DNA of 64,000 bases from Dehalococcoidia bacterium (GTDB lineage: Bacteria > Chloroflexota > Dehalococcoidia > Lucifugimonadales > UBA3495). This document shows positions 7,895-16,783 of the stretch, one piece after another; within the stretch, counting starts at the first letter, position 1; each line of letters starts with the position of its first letter. Both the position numbers and the translations under genes were made by a program. The DNA lies in contig OZ244885.1 in the NCBI GenBank assembly GCA_965221385.1, positions 2,177,334-2,241,333 of the forward strand, given 5' to 3'. Under the pieces are notes generated by a model. The model was not told the origin of the DNA and ran no database searches. It saw only the letters and a list, made by a program, of their open reading frames with translations.

Positions 7895-8593
7895 TCAGAA
7901 CTGACCTTCGGGTATCAATAGACCCGGTACCGCCGGAACTATCAACTCGGGGCCGTTGTTGGTTGCCTTGTTGACCAGGGACGATACCTGGTACACCTCC
8001 ATCTCCTCCTCCTGGAAGGGTACCAGCACGTCGGACAGGGCCGCGGGGTCGGTTACTTCGCCATCCAGCCAGAACTCCTCCAACTCCCGGGGCAGAATCA
8101 CCGGCATCCGGGGATGGACGGGTCGGAGCAGGTCGTTGGCCTCGGTGGTGATGATGGTGCAGGAACGAACCAGGTCTCCCTCCGGGTCCTTCCAGATCTC
8201 CCACAGCCCGGCAAAGGCGAAGGGCTGGCGGGAACGGAGGACGATGCGCATGGGGGTCTTGCCCTTGCCCACCTTCTGCCACTCGTAGAACCCGTCGGCC
8301 AATACCAGGCAGCGGCGCCGCTGCAGGGCGGTGCGGAAGCTGGGCTTCTGGGCCACCGTTTCGCTGCGCGCGTTGATCATGCGGTTGCCGATGGAGGCAT
8401 CCTTGGCCCAGGATGGGATGAGTCCCCACCGCATCAGCTGGGCCTGCCTGCCCTCCTCCCGGTTGGTGACGGTAAGGGCCTGCTGGGTGGGGGCGATATT
8501 GTACCGGGGCAGATTTTCAAAGCCGGTCCCGTCGAACTGGAACTGTCGGGCCAACTCCTGAATGTCGGCAATGAGGCTGTATCGTCCGCACAT
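7895..8593 (-). CDS. yedK: SOS response-associated peptidase (SRAP/YedK, abasic-site processing protein)
   Basis: N-terminal MCGRY (Cys2 nucleophile) and a 232-aa SRAP-like sequence (..RWGLIPSW..RMINARSET..). Confidence 0.85.
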   Translation of the reverse strand: MCGRYSLIADIQELARQFQFDGTGFENLPRYNIAPTQQALTVTNREEGRQAQLMRWGLIPSWAKDASIGNRMINARSETVAQKPSFRTALQRRRCLVLADGFYEWQKVGKGKTPMRIVLRSRQPFAFAGLWEIWKDPEGDLVRSCTIITTEANDLLRPVHPRMPVILPRELEEFWLDGEVTDPAALSDVLVPFQEEEMEVYQVSSLVNKATNNGPELIVPAVPGLLIPEGQF

Positions 8594-8722
8594 GTTTTTT
8601 CCTGCGGTGAATCGAAATTCAGGTTATAATTTAGTGAGGTTATGTCTCTTTTAATGTTTTGCATAGTATCATTGTCCGGCTAGGAAGAACAGGGCATTTT
8701 CTTGGAGGTAGAACATATTCTT

Positions 8723-9733
8723 ATGCTTTCAACTATTATTCGGCAACTGGTTGGACCTTTGGATCGCACCTTAAGGAATGGGGTGTTTGGACGAATTTTC
8801 CATGGGAGAAGCAATATGGACGGGCAACGTCTTGAAGGCCGATCCAAAATGGCAACGTTGAGAAGGAAGTATAGTGAAACTGCATGTGAGGCTTATGGCG
8901 AAGAGATGGACCTAATGGATGACTTCCTGGTCCTGTTGGATGATTGGCGGCACGCATTTTTACATATCACTCCTTCGTCAGGCAATCCCATGAAGGACAA
9001 GGTTGCGAGTCGTGAGCAGGCGTTGGGAGCGCTTTTCGCTGAATGCGTCTTATCTTTGGGGGAAATATCGATAATGTTGCGCGCTGGCTTGGCGCGTCCG
9101 GCAATGTTTTCCCTCCGAAAACTCTATGAGACCTACGTGGATACACGGTTTATCGAACTTGATGGCTCGGGAGATGCCGCATTCAGGTGGGTTCACTGGG
9201 GAGTTGCAGAGAGATCAAAACTCAGGCCAGATGATTCGGTAGCCGCAAGGGAGCTTTCCTGGTCTAGGTCGTTAATTGATGACAAGAAGAACCTTGGGAA
9301 AGCCGGTTGCTGGGCGAGAGTGTGGGATGGCAAGGCATATAAGACGTACCGTGCCCTCTCAGACCGGGCCGAGTTTGTTGATAGGTCGAATAGCAACCTG
9401 TTTGGCTACGAGCAGGAGATGAGTGATTTTGCCAACATGGCTCGAAAGGAACTGTTGGATAAAACCAACGCATTGGCCCACCCTACTCTGGCAGGCAATG
9501 AAAATCTCTTTCCCCCTAAGCGCATCATATTTCTGGCTGTGTTTTATACCTTTTTTGCTTTGGTTGCATATAGGAACGGAATAGGAGATCATAGGGAATT
9601 GATTGAGAGCGGCCTTAGCAGCGGGGAGTCCTTGTTCGTATACCCCGAAGGAAATGACCATCTGGTTTCGCTGTCCAGAGAAGTCCATGAGGTTTTTAAC
9701 AGGCTGACTTCATCGATTCTTAAGTCAATGTAA
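8723..9733 (+). CDS. hypothetical protein in low-GC island (start uncertain: TTG 8702, ATG 8723, 8816 or 8849)
   Basis: Long ORF with AT-rich codon usage unlike its neighbours. Predicted mostly helical. I cannot assign a family. Confidence 0.6.
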   Translation: MLSTIIRQLVGPLDRTLRNGVFGRIFHGRSNMDGQRLEGRSKMATLRRKYSETACEAYGEEMDLMDDFLVLLDDWRHAFLHITPSSGNPMKDKVASREQALGALFAECVLSLGEISIMLRAGLARPAMFSLRKLYETYVDTRFIELDGSGDAAFRWVHWGVAERSKLRPDDSVAARELSWSRSLIDDKKNLGKAGCWARVWDGKAYKTYRALSDRAEFVDRSNSNLFGYEQEMSDFANMARKELLDKTNALAHPTLAGNENLFPPKRIIFLAVFYTFFALVAYRNGIGDHRELIESGLSSGESLFVYPEGNDHLVSLSREVHEVFNRLTSSILKSM

Positions 9734-9744
9734 ACGCTATTTCC

Positions 9745-12700
9745 CTAATGCCAGTCGTGGCCGTCGGGCATGGTGACCTGGGGGTTGATGGCCACCACGT
9801 CGGAGACCACCACGGTCGCGGCCCCATCCCGGTGGGAGACTATGCCCCGGGCCAGGATGACCTGGCTGTTCAACTGCCGCTTGCAACGCTCGAAGACGGC
9901 CGGCCAGACGATCAATTGGGTATCGCCCTCCTCGTCCTCGATGGTCACGAACACGGTGCCGTGGCGTCCCCGGGGGTGCTGCCGGGCCACCGGCCAGCCG
10001 GCCACCATAACCTCCCGTCCGTCCTCCAGGGACTCGACGGCGGTGGTGGGCAGCGTCCGGGGGTCCAGCCCTGGCCGGATGAATTGCATCAGGTGGCCGG
10101 AGGGGTAGATGCCCATTACCTGGTACTCGCCGGCCATTCGCTCGAAGTCGGTGAAATCGGGCAGCCGGGGCGCCCGGTCGGCGACGCTCAGGGGCAGGGC
10201 CGGCTGGCCGTTGCGGCCCGGTCGCGCGTCAACTCCGGCGTTCCACAGGGCCTGGCGCCGGTTGGATACCAGTCTATCGAAGGCCCCGGCCTGTACCAGG
10301 GACTGAAGGGCCTGGGACTTCAGGCCGGTGCGCCGCGCCAGGTCTGACGGGTCCCGGTAGTCCCCGCCCCGTTCCCGCTCGGCCACTATCGTCTCCGCTC
10401 CCCGGTCGCCCACGTCCTTGATGAACTTCAGGCCCAGCCGCACGGAACCCTCTTCGGGGCGACACCGTTCCAGGCTGCGGTTTACACAGGGGTTCAGGAA
10501 GGGTACCCCAAAACGGCGGGCATCCTGCTTCAGGGTTTCCCGGGGATAGAATCCCATGGGCTGGTTGTTCATCAGGGAGACGAAGAACTCCACCGGGTAG
10601 TAGCGTTTCAGCCAGGTGGCCTGGTAGGCGGTGACGGCAAAGGCGTGGGAGTGGGACTCCGGGAACATGTACTGGCCGTTGAGCTTGGCGAAGATCTTGG
10701 CGGCGGTTTCATCGGGGACATCCCGTTGCCGGGCGCCCTCCAGGAACCGCTGCCAGTGCTCTTCCAGCAGGTGCTTGTTGTTGGGGCGGGCAAAGGCCCG
10801 GCGCATTTCATCGGCCTGGGCGGCGGTCAGGCCGGCCACGTCCATAACCAACTGCACCACCTGTTCCTGCCAGACGATGATGCCGCAGCCCCGCTCCAAT
10901 GCCCGCCGCTCCAGGGGATGGTCGAATTCCCAGGATGCCCCGTACCGGTAGCGTTCCACGAACTGGGCCACGGCGCTGCCCTGGACACCCACCCCGGGCC
11001 GGATGAGGGCCACCTGGTAGGCCAGGTCCAGCAGGCAGCGGGACTTGAGCCGCTGGCCCATGTTCAGCTGGGCCGGAGACTGGAGCAGAAAGACCCCCTT
11101 GGACTTGCCCTGGTTGATCAGGTCATATACCTGGGGGTCTTCCGGGTCTATCCGGCTGATGTCGGGGCGGTGGCCCTCCCTGGCTTCGATCAGGTCCAGG
11201 GCCTCTTCCAGTTGGTCCAGGACGGGCAGGGACAGCAGGTCTATCTTGGCGAACCCGGCGTCGGATACGCTGTCCTTGTTCCAGTCCATGATGTAGCGAC
11301 CCTCCATGGCCCCGGCCCGGATGGGTACCATCTCCGGAATGGGGGAACTGCTGAGGACCATGCCGCCCACGTGCTGGCTCAGCAGCTTGGGGGCGCCCAT
11401 CAACTGGGGGGCCAGGTGAACCAGGTCCCGCCACCCCGGAGCTTCCACCTTGTCCCGGAAGGCGGGCAGTTCCCGCATCTCCTGCTCCAGGTCCTCGGCC
11501 TTGTGGGAGTACAGTTGCTTGGACAGCAGGGTCAGTTCCTCCCGGGGCAGCCCCAGGGCCTTGCCCAGGTCTTGGATGATGCCCCGGACGGTGTAGGTGA
11601 AGATGGCCCCGGTGAGGATGGCATACTCCCGTCCGAAGCGCTGGTGCACCCGGGTAATCAGCTCGTCCCGCAGGTTGCGGGGGAAATCCAGGTCTATGTC
11701 CGGCAGCAGGCTGGTATCCTCGGAGATGAACCGCTCCAGGGTGAGCCCCCACTGCAGCGGGTCCACGTGGCTGATGCCGATCAGGTAGCCCACCAGCAGG
11801 GCCACCGAGGAACCCCGTCCCCGGCCCGGCGGCCGTTCCTCCAGGGGAGTTTCCGGGTGGGACAGCCCCCGCTCCTCCATGATTTGCTGGGCCAGCAGGA
11901 CGATTTCCCGGTACAGTAGCAGGAAGCCGGCCATGCCATGCAGTTCGATGAGGCCAAACTCCTCCTGAAGCCGTTCCTCCACTTGCCGGGTCACCGAGCC
12001 GTAGCGGCGCTGGGCGCTCTCCCGGCAAAGTTGCTGTAGATACCCCATAGGGGTATAGCCGGGGGGTACCTGGGGCTCGGGCAGGGTGTAGCCGAGGTCG
12101 GCGCTCAGGTTGAACCGGCACTGCTCGGCGATGCGCCGGGTGTTGGCCACCGCTTCCGGGTATTCCTCGAAGAGTTGCGCCATGCTGCGGGGAGACTTGA
12201 GGCAGAGGTGGCGGTTGGGGTGGATGAAGGGCAGGGCCTGGTCCATGGTGGTATTGTGTTTGGCGGCCACCAGGGCGTGCTGCAGTCGGTAGCGGTCGGG
12301 ACTGTGGTAATGAACGTCGTTGGTGGCCACCAGGGGGACACCGGCCCGGGCCGCCAGTCCGGCCAACTCCCGGTTGCGCCCGCCGTCGCCCTGAAGGAAG
12401 TTCTGCTGCAACTCCACGAACACCGAGTCCTGGCCGAACCAGGTCAGGTAGTCGTGCAGCAGTTGCAGGGCCTCGGCGCCCCGGTCTTCCGCCAGCAGCC
12501 GTTCCAGGGGCCCGCCCCGTCCGCCGGTGAGCAGGACAACCCCGGCGGCATGCCCGGCCAGGTGGGTAGAGTCCAGCGTTGGTTCCCGGCGGTCGGCGGC
12601 GTTGGCCAGGGTGAAGAGCCGGGAGATGTTGGCGTAGCCCTCCCGGGTGCGGGCCAGCAATACCAGGCGACCGCCGTCGGCCAGGGTCAATTCGCCGCCG

Positions 12701-12891
12701 GTGATGGGGTGTATGCCCAGGCTGGCGGCCAGTCTGGCAAACTCCAGGGCCCCGCAGAGATTGGTGTCGGTCAGGGCCAGGGCATCATAGCCATACTCCT
12801 GGGCCTGGGCCAGCAATTCATGGGCGTGGGAGGCCCCCAGCCCAAAGGAATAGAAGCTCTTGGCGTGAAGTTCCACGTAATCGGAGGCCAT
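9745..12891 (-). CDS. dnaE2: error-prone DNA polymerase III alpha-type subunit DnaE2 (ImuC)
   Basis: 1048 aa. N-terminal PHP motif YVELHAKSFYSFGLGASH. Lies immediately downstream of imuB. Confidence 0.9.
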   Translation of the reverse strand: MASDYVELHAKSFYSFGLGASHAHELLAQAQEYGYDALALTDTNLCGALEFARLAASLGIHPITGGELTLADGGRLVLLARTREGYANISRLFTLANAADRREPTLDSTHLAGHAAGVVLLTGGRGGPLERLLAEDRGAEALQLLHDYLTWFGQDSVFVELQQNFLQGDGGRNRELAGLAARAGVPLVATNDVHYHSPDRYRLQHALVAAKHNTTMDQALPFIHPNRHLCLKSPRSMAQLFEEYPEAVANTRRIAEQCRFNLSADLGYTLPEPQVPPGYTPMGYLQQLCRESAQRRYGSVTRQVEERLQEEFGLIELHGMAGFLLLYREIVLLAQQIMEERGLSHPETPLEERPPGRGRGSSVALLVGYLIGISHVDPLQWGLTLERFISEDTSLLPDIDLDFPRNLRDELITRVHQRFGREYAILTGAIFTYTVRGIIQDLGKALGLPREELTLLSKQLYSHKAEDLEQEMRELPAFRDKVEAPGWRDLVHLAPQLMGAPKLLSQHVGGMVLSSSPIPEMVPIRAGAMEGRYIMDWNKDSVSDAGFAKIDLLSLPVLDQLEEALDLIEAREGHRPDISRIDPEDPQVYDLINQGKSKGVFLLQSPAQLNMGQRLKSRCLLDLAYQVALIRPGVGVQGSAVAQFVERYRYGASWEFDHPLERRALERGCGIIVWQEQVVQLVMDVAGLTAAQADEMRRAFARPNNKHLLEEHWQRFLEGARQRDVPDETAAKIFAKLNGQYMFPESHSHAFAVTAYQATWLKRYYPVEFFVSLMNNQPMGFYPRETLKQDARRFGVPFLNPCVNRSLERCRPEEGSVRLGLKFIKDVGDRGAETIVAERERGGDYRDPSDLARRTGLKSQALQSLVQAGAFDRLVSNRRQALWNAGVDARPGRNGQPALPLSVADRAPRLPDFTDFERMAGEYQVMGIYPSGHLMQFIRPGLDPRTLPTTAVESLEDGREVMVAGWPVARQHPRGRHGTVFVTIEDEEGDTQLIVWPAVFERCKRQLNSQVILARGIVSHRDGAATVVVSDVVAINPQVTMPDGHDWH

Positions 12892-12930
12892 GTTCCCTTC
12901 CCTGCCGGTCCCGACCGGCCTGGCGGTGGT

Positions 12931-14376
12931 CTAACGGCCCTGCTGGTACCAGCAGTCTTCCCGCTGGTCCCGGAACAGGACAACTTGCCTCCCATCCTCC
13001 CGGTCCACCCGGTAGTAGGTCCTGGTGAGGGGCTTGGGCAGCCACCACAGGTCGAAGCTCCACCGCTCGGAAATACGGTCCACCCGGCGCCAGAGATTGC
13101 CAACTCGCATGGCGGCCGGCTGGTGGTCGGGGCTTTCCCGCACCAGCACCGGCACCGGCGCCAGCAGGGGACGGATGCCCCCGGAACCCAGCCGGTCCAG
13201 GGGAGCCTGCACCGCCCGCATCTCCGGGGCCGGGTGCCAGGGGGCCACGTTGACCACCCGGTACAGGGTGGGAGAAGCGGCGCCGCGGCCCTGCAATCGC
13301 CGTTCCACCTGGGCCAGTTGCCGATGCCGGCTGTCCCGTACCTCGGGCAGCAGGCTCAACTGGGCGCCGGACTCGCCGGTGAAGCTGGACAGGGTCAGGG
13401 TCAGGTCGTCTATGGGTACCTGGGGCGGCTCGGCCTCCAGGCGGCTGCGAACTATGAAGGAGGCCCGCTCCCACCGGTTCACCCCCTCCTGGAAGACGAT
13501 GGACTTCTGCCAGGGAGCGGCGCGGAATACGGCGCATTCCAGGAGAACCCGGCCGGCGTAGCGTCCCCGTATCTCCGGGCGGGCGTAGGCCCGGCGGAGC
13601 AGGGTATCCACGGCCACCTGCAGCAATTCCAGGGACGTTGAGGAGAAGGGCAGCGAGGTACGCTCCACCACCGTCTCCTCCTGCCGGATGGGAACCAGGG
13701 GGCTGTCGTCGTCGCCCCGGGCCAAGGTCCAGGCCACCCAGCCCTCCCGTCCAAAGCGATCCACCAGCGTGGCGGAGGGCAGGGCGGCCAGCTGGCCCAG
13801 GGTGTGAAGGCCAAAACGGTGCAGGGCCTCGCGGGTGCCCGTCGATACGGGCAGCAGGTCCACCGAGTGGGATGCCAGGAATGCCGCCTGGTCTGCCGGC
13901 GCCCGGGTGGCGCCCAACCCCTGGCTGACGCGGGCGGCCACCAGGGCCGGGAACTTGCCCTCGCCGACGCCGAAGCGGGGATTCAGCCAACCGGGAATGG
14001 CGTTCAGCAGGGTGGCGACCAGGCGGGCCTCGCCGCCGTACATCTGCTCCAGACCGTCTATGCCCACGTAGGCAATGCCCAAATCCGCCGCCTCCACCCG
14101 GTCGCTGACCCCCATCAGGGAGGTGAGGACCTGGCGGAAAACCCGATGATAGTGGGGAGTATCGGCGTCCAGGGCCAGGGAATTGGGCTGGAGAGCCAGG
14201 GCCTGCTCCAGGGTGATTCCCGGCGCCACCGCCGAGGCCTCCGGGGAACTGTCAATCACCAGGGGACGGGTGGAGGCCCGGTCAACTATAATGGTTGGCA
14301 GGCCCTCCAGGCCGGGCTGGCGTTTCAGTTCTGCCTTGAGATGGAAATGGGTAATCAGCGCACAGGCGACCTTCAT
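12931..14376 (-). CDS. imuB: ImuB, Y-family polymerase-like protein lacking the catalytic acidic N-terminal motif
   Basis: 481 aa. N-terminus MKVACALITHFHLKAELKR replaces the D-x-D..F(F/Y)A motif of active Y-family enzymes. Operonic with dnaE2 (39-nt gap). Confidence 0.8.
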   Translation of the reverse strand: MKVACALITHFHLKAELKRQPGLEGLPTIIVDRASTRPLVIDSSPEASAVAPGITLEQALALQPNSLALDADTPHYHRVFRQVLTSLMGVSDRVEAADLGIAYVGIDGLEQMYGGEARLVATLLNAIPGWLNPRFGVGEGKFPALVAARVSQGLGATRAPADQAAFLASHSVDLLPVSTGTREALHRFGLHTLGQLAALPSATLVDRFGREGWVAWTLARGDDDSPLVPIRQEETVVERTSLPFSSTSLELLQVAVDTLLRRAYARPEIRGRYAGRVLLECAVFRAAPWQKSIVFQEGVNRWERASFIVRSRLEAEPPQVPIDDLTLTLSSFTGESGAQLSLLPEVRDSRHRQLAQVERRLQGRGAASPTLYRVVNVAPWHPAPEMRAVQAPLDRLGSGGIRPLLAPVPVLVRESPDHQPAAMRVGNLWRRVDRISERWSFDLWWLPKPLTRTYYRVDREDGRQVVLFRDQREDCWYQQGR

Positions 14377-14420
14377 TTCTTCCCGGCAACGCTCAATATG
14401 GGGTGCGCATTGCCGGGATA

Positions 14421-14449
14421 ATTATATGAACGTATGTTCTAAAAGTCAA
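14421..14449 (-). promoter_or_regulatory. sigma70-type promoter TTGACT-N17-TATAAT of imuB-dnaE2
   Basis: Minus-strand -35 at 14449-14444 and -10 at 14426-14421, with exactly 17 nt between. ATG 14376 lies about 45 nt downstream. Confidence 0.75.
14427..14440. promoter_or_regulatory. LexA (SOS/Cheo-type) box tGAACGTATGTTCt inside the promoter spacer
   Basis: Matches GAAC-N4-GTTC. 12 of 14 positions fit CGAACRNRYGTTYC, and only the two outermost bases differ. Confidence 0.75.
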
Positions 14450-14506
14450 CGTCCGGGCTTTTTCAGTAGGCCTTTTGAGGGCTGCCCTTTTTTCCTCAAA
14501 AGGCCT

Positions 14507-14626
14507 GTCATTCCGAGCGCCAAAGGCGTCGAGGAATCCCAACGGTATGGAGAAGGAGGTTTCTTATGGGAATGGTCTTGCCCACTGCGGTTGGGATTCC
14601 TCGACGCCTTTGGCGCTCGGAATGAC
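14507..14626. repeat. Family-A locus A2: single element with perfect 37-bp inverted arms and a 46-nt loop
   Basis: GTCATTCCGAGCGCCAAAGGCGTCGAGGAATCCCAAC at 14507-14543 and its exact reverse complement at 14590-14626. Confidence 0.95.
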
Positions 14627-14790
14627 AGTGACTGGGGGGAATGCGCCCGGAATGGCCCCGGGACAGGCATCAACGGGGAGAGGCATCGCCGGGGAAAGGG
14701 GAAGGCCCACCTGCAAGGCTTCAACAGCAGGTGGGCCGACTTTATGACCGTCCGTAAGACGGGCTGGACCGGAAGACGGGCGGTTGGTGG

Positions 14791-15363
14791 TTACCGGTCC
14801 ATCACCGTCATGGTGTTCGCATCCGGGTTGTACTGGTAGCGTACCAGGCGGTCCAGCTTCTGGGACTCCAGACGCACCACCAGGGCGCGGCCGCCGGTGA
14901 CGTTGCGGGTGTTGTGAATTTCGCCGGGGAGGAAGAAGGCCACCGCTCCGGCCTTCTGTACGAACTGGCCGGTCTCCTTCAGCTGCAGGCGGTCAACACC
15001 CTCGCCGGGATAGTACCAGCGCCACTTGGTCTGTTCGATGGCTCCATCGTACACGCCATAGACGACCCAGGCATTGCCGTGGTCGTGGGGCAGATTGTCG
15101 CGGCCATCCTCCTGAACCGAAGCCATCAGCCAGAAACCGGGCTTGGGATGGCCGGCATCCTCTTCCAGGTGCAGGCTCTTGGGGCCATAGCCGCCCTCTT
15201 CTGGCAGGTCCAGCATTTCCTCAAGCCAGCCGGGCGTGTTGATCAGGGTCTTCAGGTTGTCGGCCACGGCCTGAGCCTGGGCCATGGGGTCGCTGGTGGT
15301 GGCGAAAGTCTCCCTCACGTCGTCCAGAAAAGCATCCATGGTGTAAGCGGTCGCCGTTGTCAT
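14791..15363 (-). CDS. cupin-fold metalloprotein (cysteine-dioxygenase-like)
   Basis: 190 aa. Has ..LPHDHGNAW.. and ..FFLPGEIHNTRN.. His-containing beta-barrel motifs. Confidence 0.5.
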   Translation of the reverse strand: MTTATAYTMDAFLDDVRETFATTSDPMAQAQAVADNLKTLINTPGWLEEMLDLPEEGGYGPKSLHLEEDAGHPKPGFWLMASVQEDGRDNLPHDHGNAWVVYGVYDGAIEQTKWRWYYPGEGVDRLQLKETGQFVQKAGAVAFFLPGEIHNTRNVTGGRALVVRLESQKLDRLVRYQYNPDANTMTVMDR

Positions 15364-15500
15364 AACCAGCCTCCTTATTCTGGGGAGAATTCAAGCTTGT
15401 GGAGATTGCCGTACATTGTCGTTGAAGTTTGCTTTAACGTCAACCACAGTTGAGTGCAAGTAACGGTTTGGAATCGCGGGAGAATTGGGCAAACCCGGTT

Positions 15501-15540
15501 GTCGGCGTAGGGGCGCACGGCCGTGCGCCCCTACGCCGAC
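15501..15540. repeat. Family-B palindrome (perfect 40-nt)
   Basis: GTCGGCGTAGGGGCGCACGG|CCGTGCGCCCCTACGCCGAC. Lies 43 nt past the ornithine cyclodeaminase stop. Confidence 0.9.
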
Positions 15541-15582
15541 AGTCAACCATCAAATCGCTGCCCTGCCAGGCCTGACCATTCC

Positions 15583-16536
15583 CTAGAAGGGGAGTTCCTG
15601 GCCGATGCCCTGGTCCCGGGCCTTGCGGTACACCAGCTGGGCGGCGGCGATGTCTTCCAGGGCCACCCCCATGGACTCGAACAGGGTTACCGCCTGGTCG
15701 TCTGGACGACCCTTCACCCGTCCTGCCAGGATGTCCTGCAGTTCGCAGACCATGTCCCAGCGAAACTCGCCCCTCGCTTCCGGCCAGAGCAGGTCGCCGC
15801 ACTCTACCTTGGCCTGGTCCAGGTCATCCACGGCGATTACTGCCGAGCGCAACACCGTCGCCTCGTCCACCTCCCGGCGCATCCAGTGGTTGCCGCCGGC
15901 GGCGTTGACGTGGGTTCCCGGCGCCAGCCATTCCCCCTCCAGCACCGGGTCCCGCGCGGAGGTGATGGTGATGGCAACGGCCACATCGGAAACGCACTCC
16001 TGGGCGCTGTCCACCGGGGTAATTTCGATGTTGAGCTGCTCGCTCATCCGCTGGGCGAAAGACTCTCGCCGTTCCTGGCGGCGGCTGTAAACCTTGGCGC
16101 GCTTGATGTCCCGGACGGCGCAGACAGCTTCCAATTGGGTGCGGGCCTGAAAGCCGGAGCCGATGACGCCCACGCTGTCGGCGTCGGCCCGGGCCATGTA
16201 CCGGGATGCCAGCCCCGAGGCGGCGCCGGTGCGGATCTGCCCCAGCCGGCCGCCCTCCATGCAGGAGAGCAACTCGCCCGTTTCGTAGTCGTAGAGCATC
16301 ACGATCATCTTCGCGCCGCCGGCGAAGGAGGGGTAGGCCTTGTAGCCAAACACCTGGTGTCCAGCATCGGCGGCGGCCATGAAGTGGAAGAAGCCGCCGG
16401 GCATTCGGATGCGGGAACGGGGCTTGATATCCACCTGGCCGGCCCCGGCGTGGGCAAAGGCCTCGTCCAGCGCCTCCACGCATTCCGACATGGGCAGCAG
16501 CTGCACCACCTCTTGTTCGTTCAAATAGAGAGCCAT
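15583..16536 (-). CDS. ornithine cyclodeaminase / mu-crystallin family protein
   Basis: Full-length family-like sequence (..GRLGQIRTGAASGLASRYMA..GSGFQA..). Start moved to ATG 16536 (GGAGGA RBS). Confidence 0.85.
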   Translation of the reverse strand: MALYLNEQEVVQLLPMSECVEALDEAFAHAGAGQVDIKPRSRIRMPGGFFHFMAAADAGHQVFGYKAYPSFAGGAKMIVMLYDYETGELLSCMEGGRLGQIRTGAASGLASRYMARADADSVGVIGSGFQARTQLEAVCAVRDIKRAKVYSRRQERRESFAQRMSEQLNIEITPVDSAQECVSDVAVAITITSARDPVLEGEWLAPGTHVNAAGGNHWMRREVDEATVLRSAVIAVDDLDQAKVECGDLLWPEARGEFRWDMVCELQDILAGRVKGRPDDQAVTLFESMGVALEDIAAAQLVYRKARDQGIGQELPF

Positions 16537-16783
16537 ATATTCCTCCAGAGTCTCAGTCCTGTACGTCGGACTTGGCAACGGGGGTTAGTATAGCATCGGC
16601 AGGGGTGGGAAGGGATGGCCGGAGTGTCCTGCGCCACCACCCAACCTCTCCCATTTGTGGAAACCCCCGGAAAACGGGGGAAACAACGTAGAAAACATAG
16701 ATTCCCTTTGTTAATATCTGCTGAAGACAGTCGGTAATGGTCTTGCCGGTCTTTGACGGATTCAAATCAATCACAGAACAAAG

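Noticed and set aside
10645-13641. 424-aa and 488-aa plus-strand ORFs, and alternative-frame minus ORFs (for example 12818-13990, 11123-12121)
   Set aside because: They overlap dnaE2 and imuB, whose frames carry the recognisable polymerase motifs. The alternative frames are Pro/Gly/Arg-rich with no motifs.
14450-14790. Searched for an imuA or imuA' gene upstream of imuB
   Set aside because: The interval contains only hairpins and the Family-A element. The ORFs here (for example 14446-14724 and 14475-14747) are repeat-derived and mirror each other on opposite strands.
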